Shown here: positions 21,301 to 33,260 of the stretch, in pieces
How the letters are laid out: each line of letters begins with the position of its first letter
Position numbering within the stretch: position 1 is the stretch's first letter
NCBI GenBank assembly: GCA_002269645.1
Contig: NIVC01002662.1
Location: 87,468 to 151,467, forward strand
Direction: 5' to 3'
Origin: Macrostomum lignano
Lineage: Eukaryota
DNA: 64,000 bases
Notes under the pieces: model-generated
What the model saw: only the letters and a program-made list of their open reading frames with translations
What the model was told of the DNA's origin: nothing
Databases searched by the model: none
Translations under genes and position numbers: made by a program

Positions 21301-24300
21301 CACCGGTTTCTCACTGTGGTGTCACCCCTGTGTGTTCACCGGTTTCTCACTGCGGTGTCACCCCTGTGTGATCACCGGTTTCTCACTGCGGTGTCACCCC
21401 TGTGTGATCACCGGTTTCTCACTGTGGTGTCACCCCTGTGTGATCACCGGTTTCTCACTCCAGTGTCACCTGTGATCACCGGTTTCTCACTGCAGTGTCA
21501 CCTATGATCACCGGTTTCTCACTGCGGTGTCACCTATGTGATCACCGGTTTCTCACTGCAGTGTCACCCCTGTGTGATCACCGGTTTCTCACTGCGGTGT
21601 CACCTGTGTGATCACAGGTTTCTCACTGTGGTATCACCTGTGTGATCACCGGTTTCTCACTGCAGTGTCACCCCTGTGTGATCACCGGTTTCTCACTGCG
21701 GTGTCACCTGTGTGATCACAGGTTTCTCACTGTGGTATCACCTGTGTGATCACCGGTTTCTCACTGCAGTGTCACCCCTGTGTGATCACCGGTTTCTCAC
21801 TGCGGTGTCACATGTGATCACCGGTTTCTCACTGCGGTGTCACCTGTGTGATCACAGGTTTCTCACTGTGGTATCACCTGTGTGATCACCGCTTTCCCAC
21901 GCGGTCACAACTATTCAATCCTGCCAACCTTTATTTCAGGTGCACCTCTGCTCCCTATACGTGAAGCACCACCGGGCCATCAGCTCTTTTGCTGCCCAGC
22001 GTCCTCCATCTTCCGCTTCCTCATCAGTCGGCCTCGATTTGGACTCATTCGCCCTGGGCAAATTCCTTGGCAACTCGCTGGCGCACCTGTCTCGGCTGGA
22101 CCAGCACGCAGACAGCCGAATGTACGCCGGGCCTCTGCGGGTGCTCGAGCTGGCGCTGCAGGGCGGCGGGGGTGTCTCCCCGGCGCTGCGGCAGTACCTG
22201 GCTAGCAAAGGCTACTTCAGGCACCTGCTGGCCTTCATTGTGACCAGGTGACAGACAGACAGACAGGCAGGCAGACAGACAGACAGACACCAAGACACCA
22301 AGACAAACAGACAGACAGACACCAAGACAAACAGACAGACAGACAGACACCAAGACAAACAGACGGACAGACAGACACCAAGACAAACAGACAGACAGAC
22401 AGACACCAAGACAAACAGACAGACAAACAGACAGACAGACACCAAGACAAACAGACACCAAGACAAACAGACACCAAGACAAACAGACACCAAAACAAAC
22501 AGACAGACAAACAGACAGAAAAATAGACAGACAGACAGACACCAAGAAAAACAGACACCAAGACAAACAGACACCAAGACAAACAGACAGACAAACAGAC
22601 AGACAGACACCAAGACAAACAGACACCAAGACAAACAGACACCAAGACAGACAGACAGACAACAAGACAAACACACAGACAGACACCAAGACAAACAGAC
22701 AGACAGCCACCAAGACACTACTAAGACACAAGAAATCTCGTAAGACAGACAGATAGACACACTTACAGCAGCATCTTGGCCGCTCTCACTCGCAGGTGCG
22801 GTCTGGCGGGTCGCTCCGACCTCTCGGACGCGCTTTCGCAGCCACTGACTCGGTCTCTGTGCAGCCTGCTGCTGCTGCCGCTGACCTCCAGCTTAGCCAA
22901 CGAGTCCGGCAGTGATGGCCCTGAGCAGGAGTGCAGAACGCTGACCGGGCACCTGCTCAGACAGACTCTGTGCTGCCCCACTGCCTGCTCATATCGGTAA
23001 CATACTCTAGCTAAACTCTTAACTCGATGCTTAAGATCCCAACTTGATACTTGAGATCCTACAACTCGATTTTTGAGATCCCACAACTCGATCCATGAGA
23101 TCCCACAACTCGATCCATGAGATCTCAACTCGATCCATGAGACCCAACAACTCGATTCTTGAGATCCCAAAACTCGCTTTTTGAGACCCCACAACTCGAT
23201 TCTTGAGATCCCACAACTCGATTCTTGAGATCCCACAACTCGATCCATGAGATCCCACAACTCGATTCTTAAGATCCCACAGCTCGATCCATGAGACCCA
23301 ACAACTCGATTCTTGAGATCCCAAAACTCGCTTTTTGAGACCCCACAACTCGATTCTTGAGATCCCACAACTCGATTCTTGAGATCCCACAACTCGATCC
23401 ATGAGATCCCACAACTCGATTCTTGAGATCCCACAACTCGATTCTTGAGATCCCACAACTCGATCCATGAGATCCCACAACTCGATTCTTGAGATCCCAC
23501 AACTCGATCCATGAGATCCCACAACTCGATTCTTAAGATCCCACAGCTCGATCCATGAGACCCAACAACTCGATTCTTGAGATCCCAAAACTCGCTTTTT
23601 GAGACCCCACAACTCGATTCTTGAGATCCCACAACTCGATTCTTGAGATCCCACAACTCGATCCATGAGATCCCACAACTCGATTCTTGAGATCCCACAA
23701 CTCGATCCATGAGATCCCACAACTCGATTCTTGAGATCCCACAACTCGATCCATGAGATCCCACAACTCGATTCTTGAGATCCCACAACTCGATCCATGA
23801 GATCCCACAACTCGATTCTTGAGATCCCACAACTCGATCCATGAGATCCCACAGCTCGATCCATGAGACCCAACAACTCGATTCTTGAGATCCCACAACT
23901 CGATCCATGAGATCCCACAACTCGATTCTTGAGATCCCACAACTCGATCCATGAGATCCCACAAATCGATTCTTGAGATCCCACAACTCGATCCATGAGA
24001 TCCCACAACTCGATCCATGAGATCCCACAACTCGATTCTTGAGATCCCACAACTCGTTTCTTGAGACCCCACAACTCGATTCTTGAGATCCCACAACTCG
24101 TTTCTTGAGATCCCACAACTTGATCCATGAGATCCCACAACTCGATTCTTGAGATCCCACAACTCGATCCATGAGATCCTACAACTCGATTCTTGAGATC
24201 CCACAACTCGATCCATGAGATCCCACAACTCGATTCTTGAGATCCCACAACTCGATCCATGAGATCCCACAACTCGATCCTTGAGATCCCACAACTCGAT

Positions 24301-27300
24301 CCATGAGATCCCACAACTCGATTCTTGAGATCCCACAACTCGATCCATGAGATCCCACAACTCGATCCATGAGATCCCACAACTCGATCCATGAGATCCC
24401 ACAACTCGATTCTTGAGATCCCACAAATCGATTCTTGAGATCCTACAACTCGATCCTTGCCTGATATCTCACAACTCGCTTTTTGAGATCCCACAACTCG
24501 CTTTTTGAGATCCCACAACTCGTTTCTTGAGATCCCACAACTCGATTCTTAAGATCCAATAACTGAAGCCAGCCTCAAGCAGCCTCTCCATCCCGATTAC
24601 CCAGAGGCCACCGCGGCTGCATCGGCGGCAGCTTCTTCGCCGTCTCGCAACTGCCTTCGCCGGCCTCGCCGTTAGTCGCCTGCCAGCTGGTCGGCCCCCT
24701 GCTGGCCAGTGCCGCCGCCTCGCAGCCTCGGCTGGGCTCAGCTCTGCTGGCTGCCGCAAACGACGTCACGTCGCCAGCTACCGGCAACGGACAGTCCGGT
24801 CCAGGCCTGCTGCACCTCCTGGCTTGTCAGGGCCGCGAGATTCTTCTGCACAGCGCCACGATGTCACCTGCTGCGAGTGCCAGGCTGATGCTCCAGCTGT
24901 TGCACCTGAGCCGCCCCTGCCTTCGAGAGCTGCCAGCCGACCTCGCCGAGGACGTCGCAGCCGGCCTGTCGAGCGACTGGTTTGCCGAGGTGGCCCGAAC
25001 TGCCGTAGCCGATGGTCCCGACAGCCAAGTGTTTGTGCACCTGAGCAGCGTCATCGAGATGGTGCGTTCTTGGGGCTATTGCTATCGCTGGGTCTTGTTT
25101 GAGATTTTGGTGCGTTAGAAGCGCAGGTTTAGGAAATTTAGTGCCATGCAGGGTTAGTCACTGTATAAGATGTAGGGTTGGTCTGTTTATGAGATGCAGG
25201 GTTGGTCTGTTTATGGGATGCAGGGTTGGTCTGTTTATGAGATGCAGGGTTGGTCTGTTTATGGGATGCAGGGTTGGTCTGTTTATGAGATGCAGGGTTG
25301 GTCTGTTTATGGGATGCAGGGTTGGTCTGTTTATGGGATGCAGGGTTGGTCAGTGCCTGAGATGCAGGGTTGGTCAGTGCCTGAGATGCAGGGTTGGTCA
25401 ATGCCTGAGATGCAGGGTTGGTCAGTTCATTAGATGCAGGGTTAATCAGTTTATGAGATGCAGGGTTAATCAGTTTATGAGATGCAGGGTTAATCAGTTT
25501 ATGAGATGCAGGGTTGGTCAATGCCTGAGATGTAGGGTTAATCAGTTTATGAGATGCAGGGTTGGTCAGTTTATGAGATGCAGGGTTGGTCAATGCCTGA
25601 GATGCAGGGTTGGTCAGTGCCTGAGATGCAGGGTTGGTCAGTGCCTGAGATGCAGGGTTGGTCAGTGCCTGAGATGCAGCCCCCCCCCACCCCGCAGGCC
25701 CCCAGCCTCAGCCTGTACTCCCTGACGCCCGCCGGTCCGGCCCGCTCCGCATTCCTGCGCAGTTTCTGGCAGGCGATCTCGCAGTTCCGTCACGGCCAGC
25801 ACCCGCAGCCGTTGGTGCAGCTGATCTCTCGGGCTGTACAGCCCGAACTGCCTGCCATGGCCGCCCTGCAGCCGCTGCTGGCCGCATTCGCCAGACTTTT
25901 CTCGCCGGAGCCGCTGACTCGCCAGTGCCTGCTGGGCCTGTCTGCCGACCTGCGCGACCTTCTGCTGGGCCTGCTGCTGCTGTCACATCCTGACACGAGG
26001 CCCGACCTGCTCAATGCTGACTACGTGCGAGCTCTGCGGTCTCTAGGCGGCGCTGTGGGACCCGAGGCAGCTGCTGGTGCTGACAATAGCGGAGCTGGCA
26101 GCGGCTCCAGGTGCGGCTCCCAGTCTGACAATATCCCAATCGGTTTCAAATCCCTAGTCTGATAATATCCCAATCAGGGTCAAATCCCCAGTCTGACAAT
26201 ATCCCAATCAGGGTCAAATCCCCAGTCTGACAATATCCCAATCGGTTTCAAATCCCCAGTCTGACAATATCCCAATCAGGGTCAAATCCCCAGTCTGACA
26301 ATATCCCAATCAGGTTGGAATCCCCAGTCTGACAATATCCCAATCAGGTTGAAATCCCCAGTCTGACAATATCCCAATCGGGTTGGAATCCCCAGTCTGA
26401 CAATATCCCAATCGGATTCAAATCCCCAGTCTGACAATATCCCAATCGGTTTCAAATCCCTAGTCTGACAATATCCCAATCGGATTCAAATCCCCAGTCT
26501 GACAATATCCCAATCAGGTTGGAATCCCCAGTCTGACAATATCCCAATCAGGTTGAAATCCCCAGTCTGACAATATCCCAATCGGGTTGGAATCCCCAGT
26601 CTGACAATATCCCAATCAGGGTCAAATCCCCAGTCTGACAATATCCCAATCAGGTTGAAATCCCCAGTCTGACAATATCCCAATCAGGTTGGAATACCCA
26701 GTCTGACAATATCCCAATCAGGTTGGAATCCCCAGTTTGACAATATCCCAATCAGGTTGGAATCCCCAGTCTGACAATATCCCAATCAGGTTGGAATCCC
26801 CAGTCTGACAATATCCCAATCAGGTTGGAATCCCCAGTCTGACAATATCCCAATCAGATTGGAATCCCCAGTCTGACAATATCCCAATCAGGTTGGAATC
26901 CCCAGTCTGACAATATCCCAATCAGGTTGGAATCCCCAGTCTGACAATATCCCAATCAGATTGGAATCCCCAGTCTGACAATATCCCAATCAGGTTGGAA
27001 TCCCCAGTCTGACAATATCCCAATCAGGTTGGAATCCCCAGTTTGACAATATCCCAATCAGGTTGGAATCCCCAGTCTGACAATATCCCAATCAGGTTGG
27101 AATCCCCAGTCTGACAATATCCCAATCGGACTCAAATTCCCAGTCTGACAATATCCCAATCGGTTTCAAATCCCCAGTCTGACAATATCCCAATCGGTTT
27201 CAAATCCCCAGTCTGACAATATCCCAATCGGTTTCAAATTCCCAGTCTGACAATATCCCAATCGGACTCAAATCCCCAGTCTGACAATATCCCAATCGGA

Positions 27301-30300
27301 CTCAAATTCCCAGTCTGACAATATCCCAATCGGGCTCAAATCCCCAGTCTGACAATATCCCAATCGGACTCAAATTCCCAGTCTGACAATATCCCAATCG
27401 GGCTCAAATCCCCAGTCTGACAATATCCCAATCGGGCTCAAATTCCCAGTCTGACAATATCCCAATCGGACTCAAATTCCCAGTCTGACAATATCCCAAT
27501 CGGTTTCAAATCCCCAGTCTGACAATATCCCAATCGGACTCAAATCCCCAGTCTGACAATATCCCAATCGGACTCAAATCCCCAGTCTGACAATATCCCA
27601 ATCGGACTCAAATTCCCAGTCTGACAATATCCCAATCGGACTCAAATTCCCAGTCTGACAATATCCCAATCTGGTTTGAATCCCCAGTCTGACAATATCC
27701 CAATCGGGCTCAAATCCCCAGTCTGACAATATCCCAATCGGTTTCAAATCCCTAGTCTGACAATATCCCAATCGGATTCAAATCCCCAGTCTGACAATAT
27801 CCCAATCGGTTTCAAATCCCTAGTCTGACAATATCCCAATCGGATTCAAATCCCCAGTCTGACAATATCCCAATCGGACTCTCACACCCTCAGGGAGCTA
27901 CTCCAGCTCTACTCCAGCTTGTTCTCCAGCGTGAAGCTCCTGGTGAGCCGCCTGTACAGCCTCGACCAGCTGCGCAAGTTCACTCCGGCCTCGTCAAACG
28001 CCAGCCTGGAATCTTCGGGCACCTCCTCGCACTGGTCTGTGCAGGGCCGCATTCCGCCCATCAAGTCGCTGCAGCCGGCCTACTGGTTGGAGCGCGAGGC
28101 TTCCAACAGTTTTGGCTACTATTCTGTGCTGAATGACTCAATCAGCATTCCTTACCTGTCCTCTACTGAGCGGCTACAGCTGGCCATTCTCACCGAGGCG
28201 CCCTACCTCATCAACTTCTGGGACCGAGTTCGCCTATTCTATTCACTGCTGCACGCCTACAAAGCTTCTATTGATTATGATAGGCACGAGTTTGGCGCCT
28301 CCGGTATCAGGGTCACCGCTAGGCGAGACAAAATCTATGAGGACGCCTTCAGCCAACTGTATGGGGAGGAGAATCTCTATCCTAGGCTTAAGGTGTCGTT
28401 TCGCAACGAGCTGGGCCTGGAGGTGAGCATTCCAATAATTCCATCGATTTGAGAGACTCTAGCTAAGGCTCTGATCCCATATCTCCTATGATCCCATATA
28501 CTCCTTCTATGATCCCATATCTCCTTCTATGATCCCATATCTCCTTCTATGATCCCATATCTCATTCTATGATCCCATATCTTCTTCTATGGTCCTATAT
28601 CTCCTATGATTTCATATATCCTTTTATGATCCTACATCTCCTTCTATGATTCCAAATCTCACTTTCTGATTATATATCTCACTCCATGATCCCCTATCAT
28701 ACCCTCTAAATAAATCTATTACTCACTCTCTGATCCCGTATCTCACTATATTATCCCATATCTCCTATGGTCCCATATCTCTCTGATCCAATATCTCACT
28801 CTCTGATCCCATATCTCACTCTCTGATCCCATATCTCACTCTCTGATCCCATATCTCACTCTCTGATCCCATATCTCACTCTCTGATCCCATATCTCACT
28901 CTCTGATCCCATATCTCACTCTCTGATCCCATATCTCACTCTCTGATCCCATATCTCACTCTCTGATCCCATATCTCACTCTCTGATCCCATATCTCACA
29001 CATGCTTTCAACTATCCCACGGTGCCGTAGGAGGCCGGCATAGACGGTGGCGGGCTGATGCGGGAGTTCCTTGCCCTGGTGCTGTCGGCAGCCTTTGATC
29101 CGCAGCGCGGCTTCTACAGCCAGGCGAGCTCCGGCGCGCTGTACCCGAACCCGTTGAGCGCCGCCATCAATTCGGAGTTCACGTCGCACTATTTCTTTCA
29201 CGGCCGCCTGCTGGGCAAACTGTTGTTCGAACGGCTGCTCATTGACCTGCCGTTGGCGCCGTTCTTCCTCCGGCGGGTGATCATCTACGCCAGCGGGGCG
29301 AGGGACGCCCAGCAGCGGGCGGCGGCCAGTCTTGACGAGCTTGAAGAGCTCGACGCTGAGCTGTATAAGTGAGCAGAGGTTTTTTGAGTTTTTTAGGACC
29401 AGTGTAAACTAAAAAATAGTTAAATGTCCAGCGCCGATATGTATTAAAAGTGCAAAAAATGAGGATTGTCGATGACTCGATATGTATCAGAAGTACAAAT
29501 AATTAGAGTTTCCGATATGTATCGAAAGTTTAAATAATCAGAATCGCCGATATGTATCGAAATTACAAATAATCAGAATCGCCGATATGTATCGAAAGTA
29601 TAAATAGTCAAAATTACCGATATGTATCGAAAATAGGAATAATCAGAATCGCCGATATGTATCGAAAGTAAAAATAATCAGGATCGCCGATATGTATCGA
29701 AAGTAAAAATAATCAGAATCGCCGATATGTATCGAAAGTAAAAATAATCAGGATCGCCGATATGTATCGAAAGTAAAAATAATCAGGATCGCCAATATGT
29801 ATCGAAAATAAAAATAATCAGAATCGCCGATATGTATCGAAAATACGAATAATCAGAATCGCCGATATGTATCGAAAGTAAAAATAATCAGAATCGCCGA
29901 TATGTATCAAAAGTATAAATAACCAGAATCGCCGATATGTATCGAAAGTAAAAATAATCAGAATCGCCGATATGTATCGAAAAATTGCCCCCCCCCTTTC
30001 CCTAGAAACGTGCTAGCCCTAAGCTCGGCAAGCGCCGAGGACCTCGAAGCTATGGAGTTGGACTTCAGCCTCACCGAGGACCGTCTCGGCCGCTCGGAGA
30101 CCGTGGAACTCAAACCGGACGGCAGCAGTGTCCGAGTGACGCCGGACAATGTCACCGAGTACCAGCTGCTGCTCGCCGACTACCGGCTCCGCAGGCAGAC
30201 CGCCGCCCAGACGCAGGCCTTCGCCCAGGGCCTCGTGTCGGTGATCCCCTGCAGCGATTGGCTGGCCTTCTTCTCCCACAACGAGCTGCAGCTGCTCATC

Positions 30301-30657
30301 AGCGGTTCCGACAGTCCGATCGACGTGCTGGATCTTCGCCGACACACGCAGTACCAGAACTGCTCCGCCGAGTCCGACACCGTAGCCGCTTTCTGGCGAC
30401 TCATGCTGGACGACTTCGACGAACTCCAGCGTCGGGCCGTCCTGCGGTTTGTCACCTCGCTGACTCGGGCGCCTCTGTACGGCTGGCAAGAGCTGCAGCC
30501 TGCCTTCACGCTGGCGCTGGTGCCCGAGACCGACCGTCTGCCCACCGCCAGCACCTGCATCAACCTGCTGAAGCTGCCCGACTATGGTGACATGGACACG
30601 CTCAAGCAGAAGCTCATGCTAGCTGTGGAGTCTAATAGCGGATTTGAGCTCAGTTAA
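12255..30657 (+). CDS. UBE3C: HECT E3 ubiquitin ligase UBE3C ortholog, 10 coding exons, about 1093 aa
   Basis: join(12255-12326, 20067-20120, 20878-21108, 21940-22247, 22769-22996, 24605-25061, 25698-26110, 27894-28422, 29031-29368, 30006-30657). All junctions are GT-AG with consistent phases; total 3282 nt. N-terminus FTGEYRRKPVQSLGGASK, IQ motif ATRIQAFYRG, LRDLLLGLLLLSHPDTRPD, HECT EAGIDGGGLMREF ... RLPTASTCINLLKLPDY ... SGFELS*. Confidence 0.92.
13792..14580. mobile_element. Non-autonomous hAT-type element (789 bp) in UBE3C intron 1
   Basis: Imperfect TIRs CAGTGTTGGACAC / GTGCCCAACATTG; exact 8-bp TSD CATAATAT at 13784-13791 and 14581-14588; subterminal CAATAC/GTATTG repeats. Confidence 0.8.
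15442..17184 (-). mobile_element. Tc1/mariner (DD34D mariner) transposon, decayed
   Basis: TIRs C(A/G)AGGGGTGTCCAAAAAG..GTGATACTTTTGCT.GTATAGCTTTACTG with imperfect extension over about 100 bp; TA flanks at 15440-41 and 17185-86. Confidence 0.92.
15670..16761 (-). pseudogene. Mariner transposase pseudogene
   Basis: ATG at 16761 (MDVHSKEGQRHAIH...); motifs RSGRP, KLSAR*VP, IVTGDETWVPHFDP, LHHDNAQSH, HPPNSPDLAPADF, RWEKCVQLMGNYVEK; broken by several stops and frameshifts. Confidence 0.92.
19051..19165 (+). mobile_element. 5'-truncated copy of tRNA-derived SINE family 1 (3' end and A tail)
   Basis: Aligns to 34034-34148 (TGCCTGCTCAGGGGAGTC...ATGTCGCTTAAAGTGCGCCA...CTAAT + A-rich tail). Confidence 0.75.
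20067..20120 (+). CDS. UBE3C: UBE3C exon 2
   Basis: taacAG|GAC...GAG|GTGAGG; reads DTKNDLLEKSRKQRLLRE. Confidence 0.85.
20203..20846. repeat. 36-bp minisatellite (about 18 copies), UBE3C intron 2
   Basis: Unit GTAGTGGTCCTTGAGCACTCCATACTAGAGCAGCTT with variants. Confidence 0.95.
20878..21108 (+). CDS. UBE3C: UBE3C exon 3 (IQ motif)
   Basis: ttgcAG|CAC; reads HRRQEEEAATRIQAFYRG...FYLPHLDGDRI|GTGAGT. Confidence 0.9.
21131..21908. repeat. 32-36-bp minisatellite, UBE3C intron 3
   Basis: Unit GTGATCACCGGTTTCTCACTGCGGTGTCACC(CC)TGT. Confidence 0.95.
21940..22247 (+). CDS. UBE3C: UBE3C exon 4
   Basis: tttcAG|GTG; reads VHLCSLYVKH...KGYFRHLLAFIVT; donor GTGACA at 22248. Confidence 0.85.
22250..22760. 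repeat. (ACAG)n / AGACACCAAGACAAAC compound microsatellite, UBE3C intron 4
   Basis: Directly visible low-complexity array filling the intron. Confidence 0.95.
22769..22996 (+). CDS. UBE3C: UBE3C exon 5
   Basis: ttacAG|C AGC ATC TTG; open frame to donor GTAACA at 22997; phase 2 at both ends. Confidence 0.8.
23030..24556. repeat. 22-bp minisatellite (about 69 copies), UBE3C intron 5
   Basis: Unit GAGATCCCACAACTCGAT(TCTT/CCAT). Confidence 0.97.
24605..25061 (+). CDS. UBE3C: UBE3C exon 6
   Basis: cccAG|A GGC CAC; open frame including ORF 24861; ends ATG|GTGCGT; phases fit the neighbouring exons. Confidence 0.78.
25145..25678. repeat. 24-bp minisatellite (about 22 copies), UBE3C intron 6
   Basis: Unit GAGATGCAGGGTTGGTC(TGTTTAT/AGTGCCT). 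Confidence 0.95.
25698..26110 (+). CDS. UBE3C: UBE3C exon 7
   Basis: ccgcAG|GCC; reads SLYSL...FLRSFWQAIS...LRDLLLGLLLLSHPDTRPD; donor GTGCGG at 26111. Confidence 0.88.
26119..27878. repeat. 34-bp minisatellite (about 52 copies), UBE3C intron 7
   Basis: Unit CCCCAGTCTGACAATATCCCAATC + variable 10 nt (AGGTTGGAAT, GGACTCAAAT, GGTTTCAAAT...); variants are clustered in blocks. Confidence 0.97.
27894..28422 (+). CDS. UBE3C: UBE3C exon 8 (start of HECT region)
   Basis: cctcAG|G GAG; reads EAPYLINFWDRVRLF...VTARRDKIYEDAFSQL...RLKVSFRNELGLE|GTGAGC. Confidence 0.92.
28471..28998. repeat. 20-bp minisatellite, UBE3C intron 8
   Basis: Unit CTCTGATCCCATATCTCACT, homogeneous at the 3' end and degenerate at the 5' end. 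Confidence 0.93.
29031..29368 (+). CDS. UBE3C: UBE3C exon 9 (HECT N-lobe)
   Basis: cgtAG|GAG; reads EAGIDGGGLMREF...LYPNP...GRLLGKLLFE...DAELY; donor GTGAGC at 29369. Confidence 0.93.
29430..29984. repeat. 35-bp minisatellite, UBE3C intron 9
   Basis: Unit AATCAGAATCGCCGATATGTATCGAAAGTAAAAAT. Confidence 0.93.
30006..30657 (+). CDS. UBE3C: UBE3C exon 10 (HECT C-lobe with catalytic Cys)
   Basis: cctAG|A AAC GTG; reads ELKPDG...FSHNELQLLISG...RLPTASTCINLLKLPDY...GFELS TAA; AATAAA at 31212-31217. Confidence 0.95.
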
Positions 30658-30733
30658 CTTGAGTAGCTTTTAAGCTGAGCTGATAGATACGGTAGATACG
30701 GCTGCATGAGCTCAGATTCTTGCTTGGTGCTTC

Positions 30734-31148
30734 ATCAGATCCCAAATTAGCCCAGATCCCAAATGTGCTCAGATCCCACATGATCTCAGATCCCACATGA
30801 GCTCAGATCCCAAATGTGCTCAGATCCCACATGATCTCAGATCCCACATGATCTCAGATCCCACATGATCTCAGATCCCACATGAGCTCAAGATCCCAAA
30901 TGAACTCAGATCACACATGAGCTCAGATCCCACATGATCTCAGATCCCACATGATCTCAGATCCCACATGAGCTCAAGATCCCAAATGAACTCAGATCCT
31001 AAATGAACTCAGATCCCACATGAGCTCAAATCCCACATGAGCTCAAATCCCAAATGAGCTCAAATCCCACATGATCTCAGATCCCAAATGAGCTCAAATC
31101 CCACATGAGCTTCAAATCCCACATGAGCTCAGATCCCACATGAGCCCA
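30734..31148. repeat. 17-bp minisatellite in putative UBE3C 3' UTR
   Basis: Unit AGATCCCACATGATCTC / AGATCCCAAATGAGCTC, between the stop codon and the poly(A) signal. Confidence 0.9.
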
Positions 31149-31744
31149 GACTCCCGGATGCTTCATCAGGTATCACCGCGTAAAGTACATAAATATTGTA
31201 TCATAAAAAATAATAAACGATATGTATAGAAAATCAGCAAGATCCAGATGCCTTCATGTCATGCTGCATCGCTTTCAATGCGAGGCGCTCACCTAATTAT
31301 TTATTCAGACTTAGACTTTTCGTTAAGTGCAACTCTGAATTATTTTTTACAATTGTAATATTTTTTATTTGATGCGTGTTTTTACTACTTATCAATGTCA
31401 GTAGTAATAAGAAAGACTGGTAAGTAGCGGCCGACAGTACGTGCGACGAGACCAATTCGTTTCTTAAAGCCTCCTTTGTTTTTAGTCTGCTTGTCTATAA
31501 TTACTTTTCTGTGCTTGTACTATAACTTAATAATAATTATATAGTGCAATGATTGTCGGGCCTGTTAATAAGCACGGCGTTAAAAATAAACACCTGACAG
31601 AAGTTGACCTGATTTTTTGAGGCTTATAAATTTAATCATTAGTGCTTGCCTTTCATTTTCTCTCGTGGCTTACTTTAGTCTGTGTATATTCGTAGACTGT
31701 GTTAAACTATCGAGGTGCAAAGAGTGTAACATTTTACACCATTA

Positions 31745-32188
31745 AGTACCCATAATCTGTGACCAAATGAGCACACATTGTCCACCATTGAGTACTCATA
31801 ATCTGTGACACAGTGAGCATACATCGTCCACCATTGAGTACTCATAATCTGTGACACAGTGAGCACACATCGTCCACCATTGAGTACTCATAATCTGTGA
31901 CACAGTGAGCACACATCGTCCACCATTGAGTACTCAGAATCTGTGACACAGTGAGCACACATTGTCCACCATTGAGTACCCCAGTATCTGTGACCAAATG
32001 AGCACACATTGTCCACCTGTGAGTACCTAGAATCTGTGACCAAATGAGCACACATTGTACACCATTGAGTACTCAGAATCTGTGACACAGTGAGCACACA
32101 TTGTACACCATTGAGTACCCCAGTATCTGTGACCAAATGAGCACACATTGTCCACCTGTGAGTACCTAGAATCTGTGACGCAGTGAGT
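31745..32188. repeat. 46-bp minisatellite (about 9-10 copies)
   Basis: Unit ATCTGTGACACAGTGAGCACACATCGTCCACCATTGAGTACTCATA. Confidence 0.92.
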
Positions 32189-32519
32189 ACACATTCGGAG
32201 ATGCTGTGTCCTGTTGTCCTCCCAACGCGAAGGGAAGGCCACTGGAGTCCCGAATGACGCATGTAGCTTACTAGCTTGCAGCTCATAGCCCGTACTCCTA
32301 GCGTCCCGATTGGATTACAAAAAGTCTTGATTGTGTAAGGTCTAAAAATTTTCTCGTCAAAAAACCTGTGTTCGACGACCGTTGCTAACGGACCTGATTG
32401 GTCCAAAGGCGGATTTTATGTTTGCCAGTCAGAGTTGCTATAATATAGCTGAGTCTTTTCTGACTTGAGATGCAGAACTGCTTAACTCAGCTGTTCCAAG
32501 TTCCTCTCCTAGCAGAGAA

Positions 32520-33260
32520 ATGTTCCGCCCAACAGCCACTCTCTCCGTTCTGTTCTGCACTGCCCTCTTGCTGACTTGCGTCACCTGCAGATTCGTCCGC
32601 TTCGAATACCTGGGATGCTACAAAGACCGTGTGTCACCCAGAGACCTGAACGGGCTCAGTGGAGGCAGCAGGATCGGTGGATTCGATGTCGAAAATTACA
32701 AGAGAGTCCGCAGCGCGGAGATGTCGCACGAGCTGTGCAGCGGCATCTGCTCGATCGGTAGCTTCCCGTACTTCGGAGTGCAGTACAGCACAGAGTGCTA
32801 CTGCGGCAACTCCTTCGGATCCCATGGCCTGGCGAGCGAAGCCGACTGCAGCATGGATTGCTCGGGAAACGCGATGCAGAAGTGTGGCGGCCCCGTCAAA
32901 AACTCCGTGTTCTCCCTGAGCTACCCAGGTACTGTCCTGATTTCTAAATCCCTGTACCTTTAGTCAGAAAGAAAGCATGCTAATTATTGAAAAGCTGATT
33001 TATCGTGCAATTTTTCAGTTTCGGACAACAACACCTACACGGTAGTGAAGCAGTCCAGCCCTCCCGTGACATCCGGTACCACTTCCGTCTGGCCTGTCGC
33101 TGCCCAGTCCGTCGAGGACTGCCTGCTCCGGTGCAGCGCCAGAGCCGACTGCCAGGCCGCCGTTTTCTCCCGACAGGAGCTCGCCTGCCACCTGCTGGAG
33201 TTCGTGTACCCGCCTGGCCACCTGAGCGGACCCGAGTGGACTCTGTTCGTGCGTGGCTGA
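32520..33260 (+). CDS. Secreted WSC + PAN/Apple domain protein, gene A (intact, 216 aa)
   Basis: join(32520-32928, 33019-33260), phase-1 GT-AG intron. Signal-peptide-like MFRPTATLSVLFCTALLLTCVTC; WSC YLGCYKD...MSHELC...C...YFGVQYSTECYCG...C...C.G....CGG..KNSVF; PAN core EDCLLRCSARADCQAAVFS...ACHL. TATAATA at 32439 and AATAAA at 33358. Confidence 0.88.

Noticed and set aside
20193-21507. Long repetitive ORFs (431 aa plus, 216 aa Cys-rich minus)
   Set aside because: They are read-through of the 36-bp and 36/32-bp intronic arrays; the real coding part is exon 3 bounded by AG/GT sites.
22045-24518. Multiple long minus-strand ORFs (VCLS-, WDL-repeat proteins)
   Set aside because: Artefacts of stop-poor microsatellite and 22-bp arrays inside UBE3C introns on the antisense strand.
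26119-27878. CRISPR-like appearance (24-nt constant part plus 10-nt variable part)
   Set aside because: The variable parts are few related variants, not unique spacers; there are no cas genes, and the context is a eukaryotic intron.
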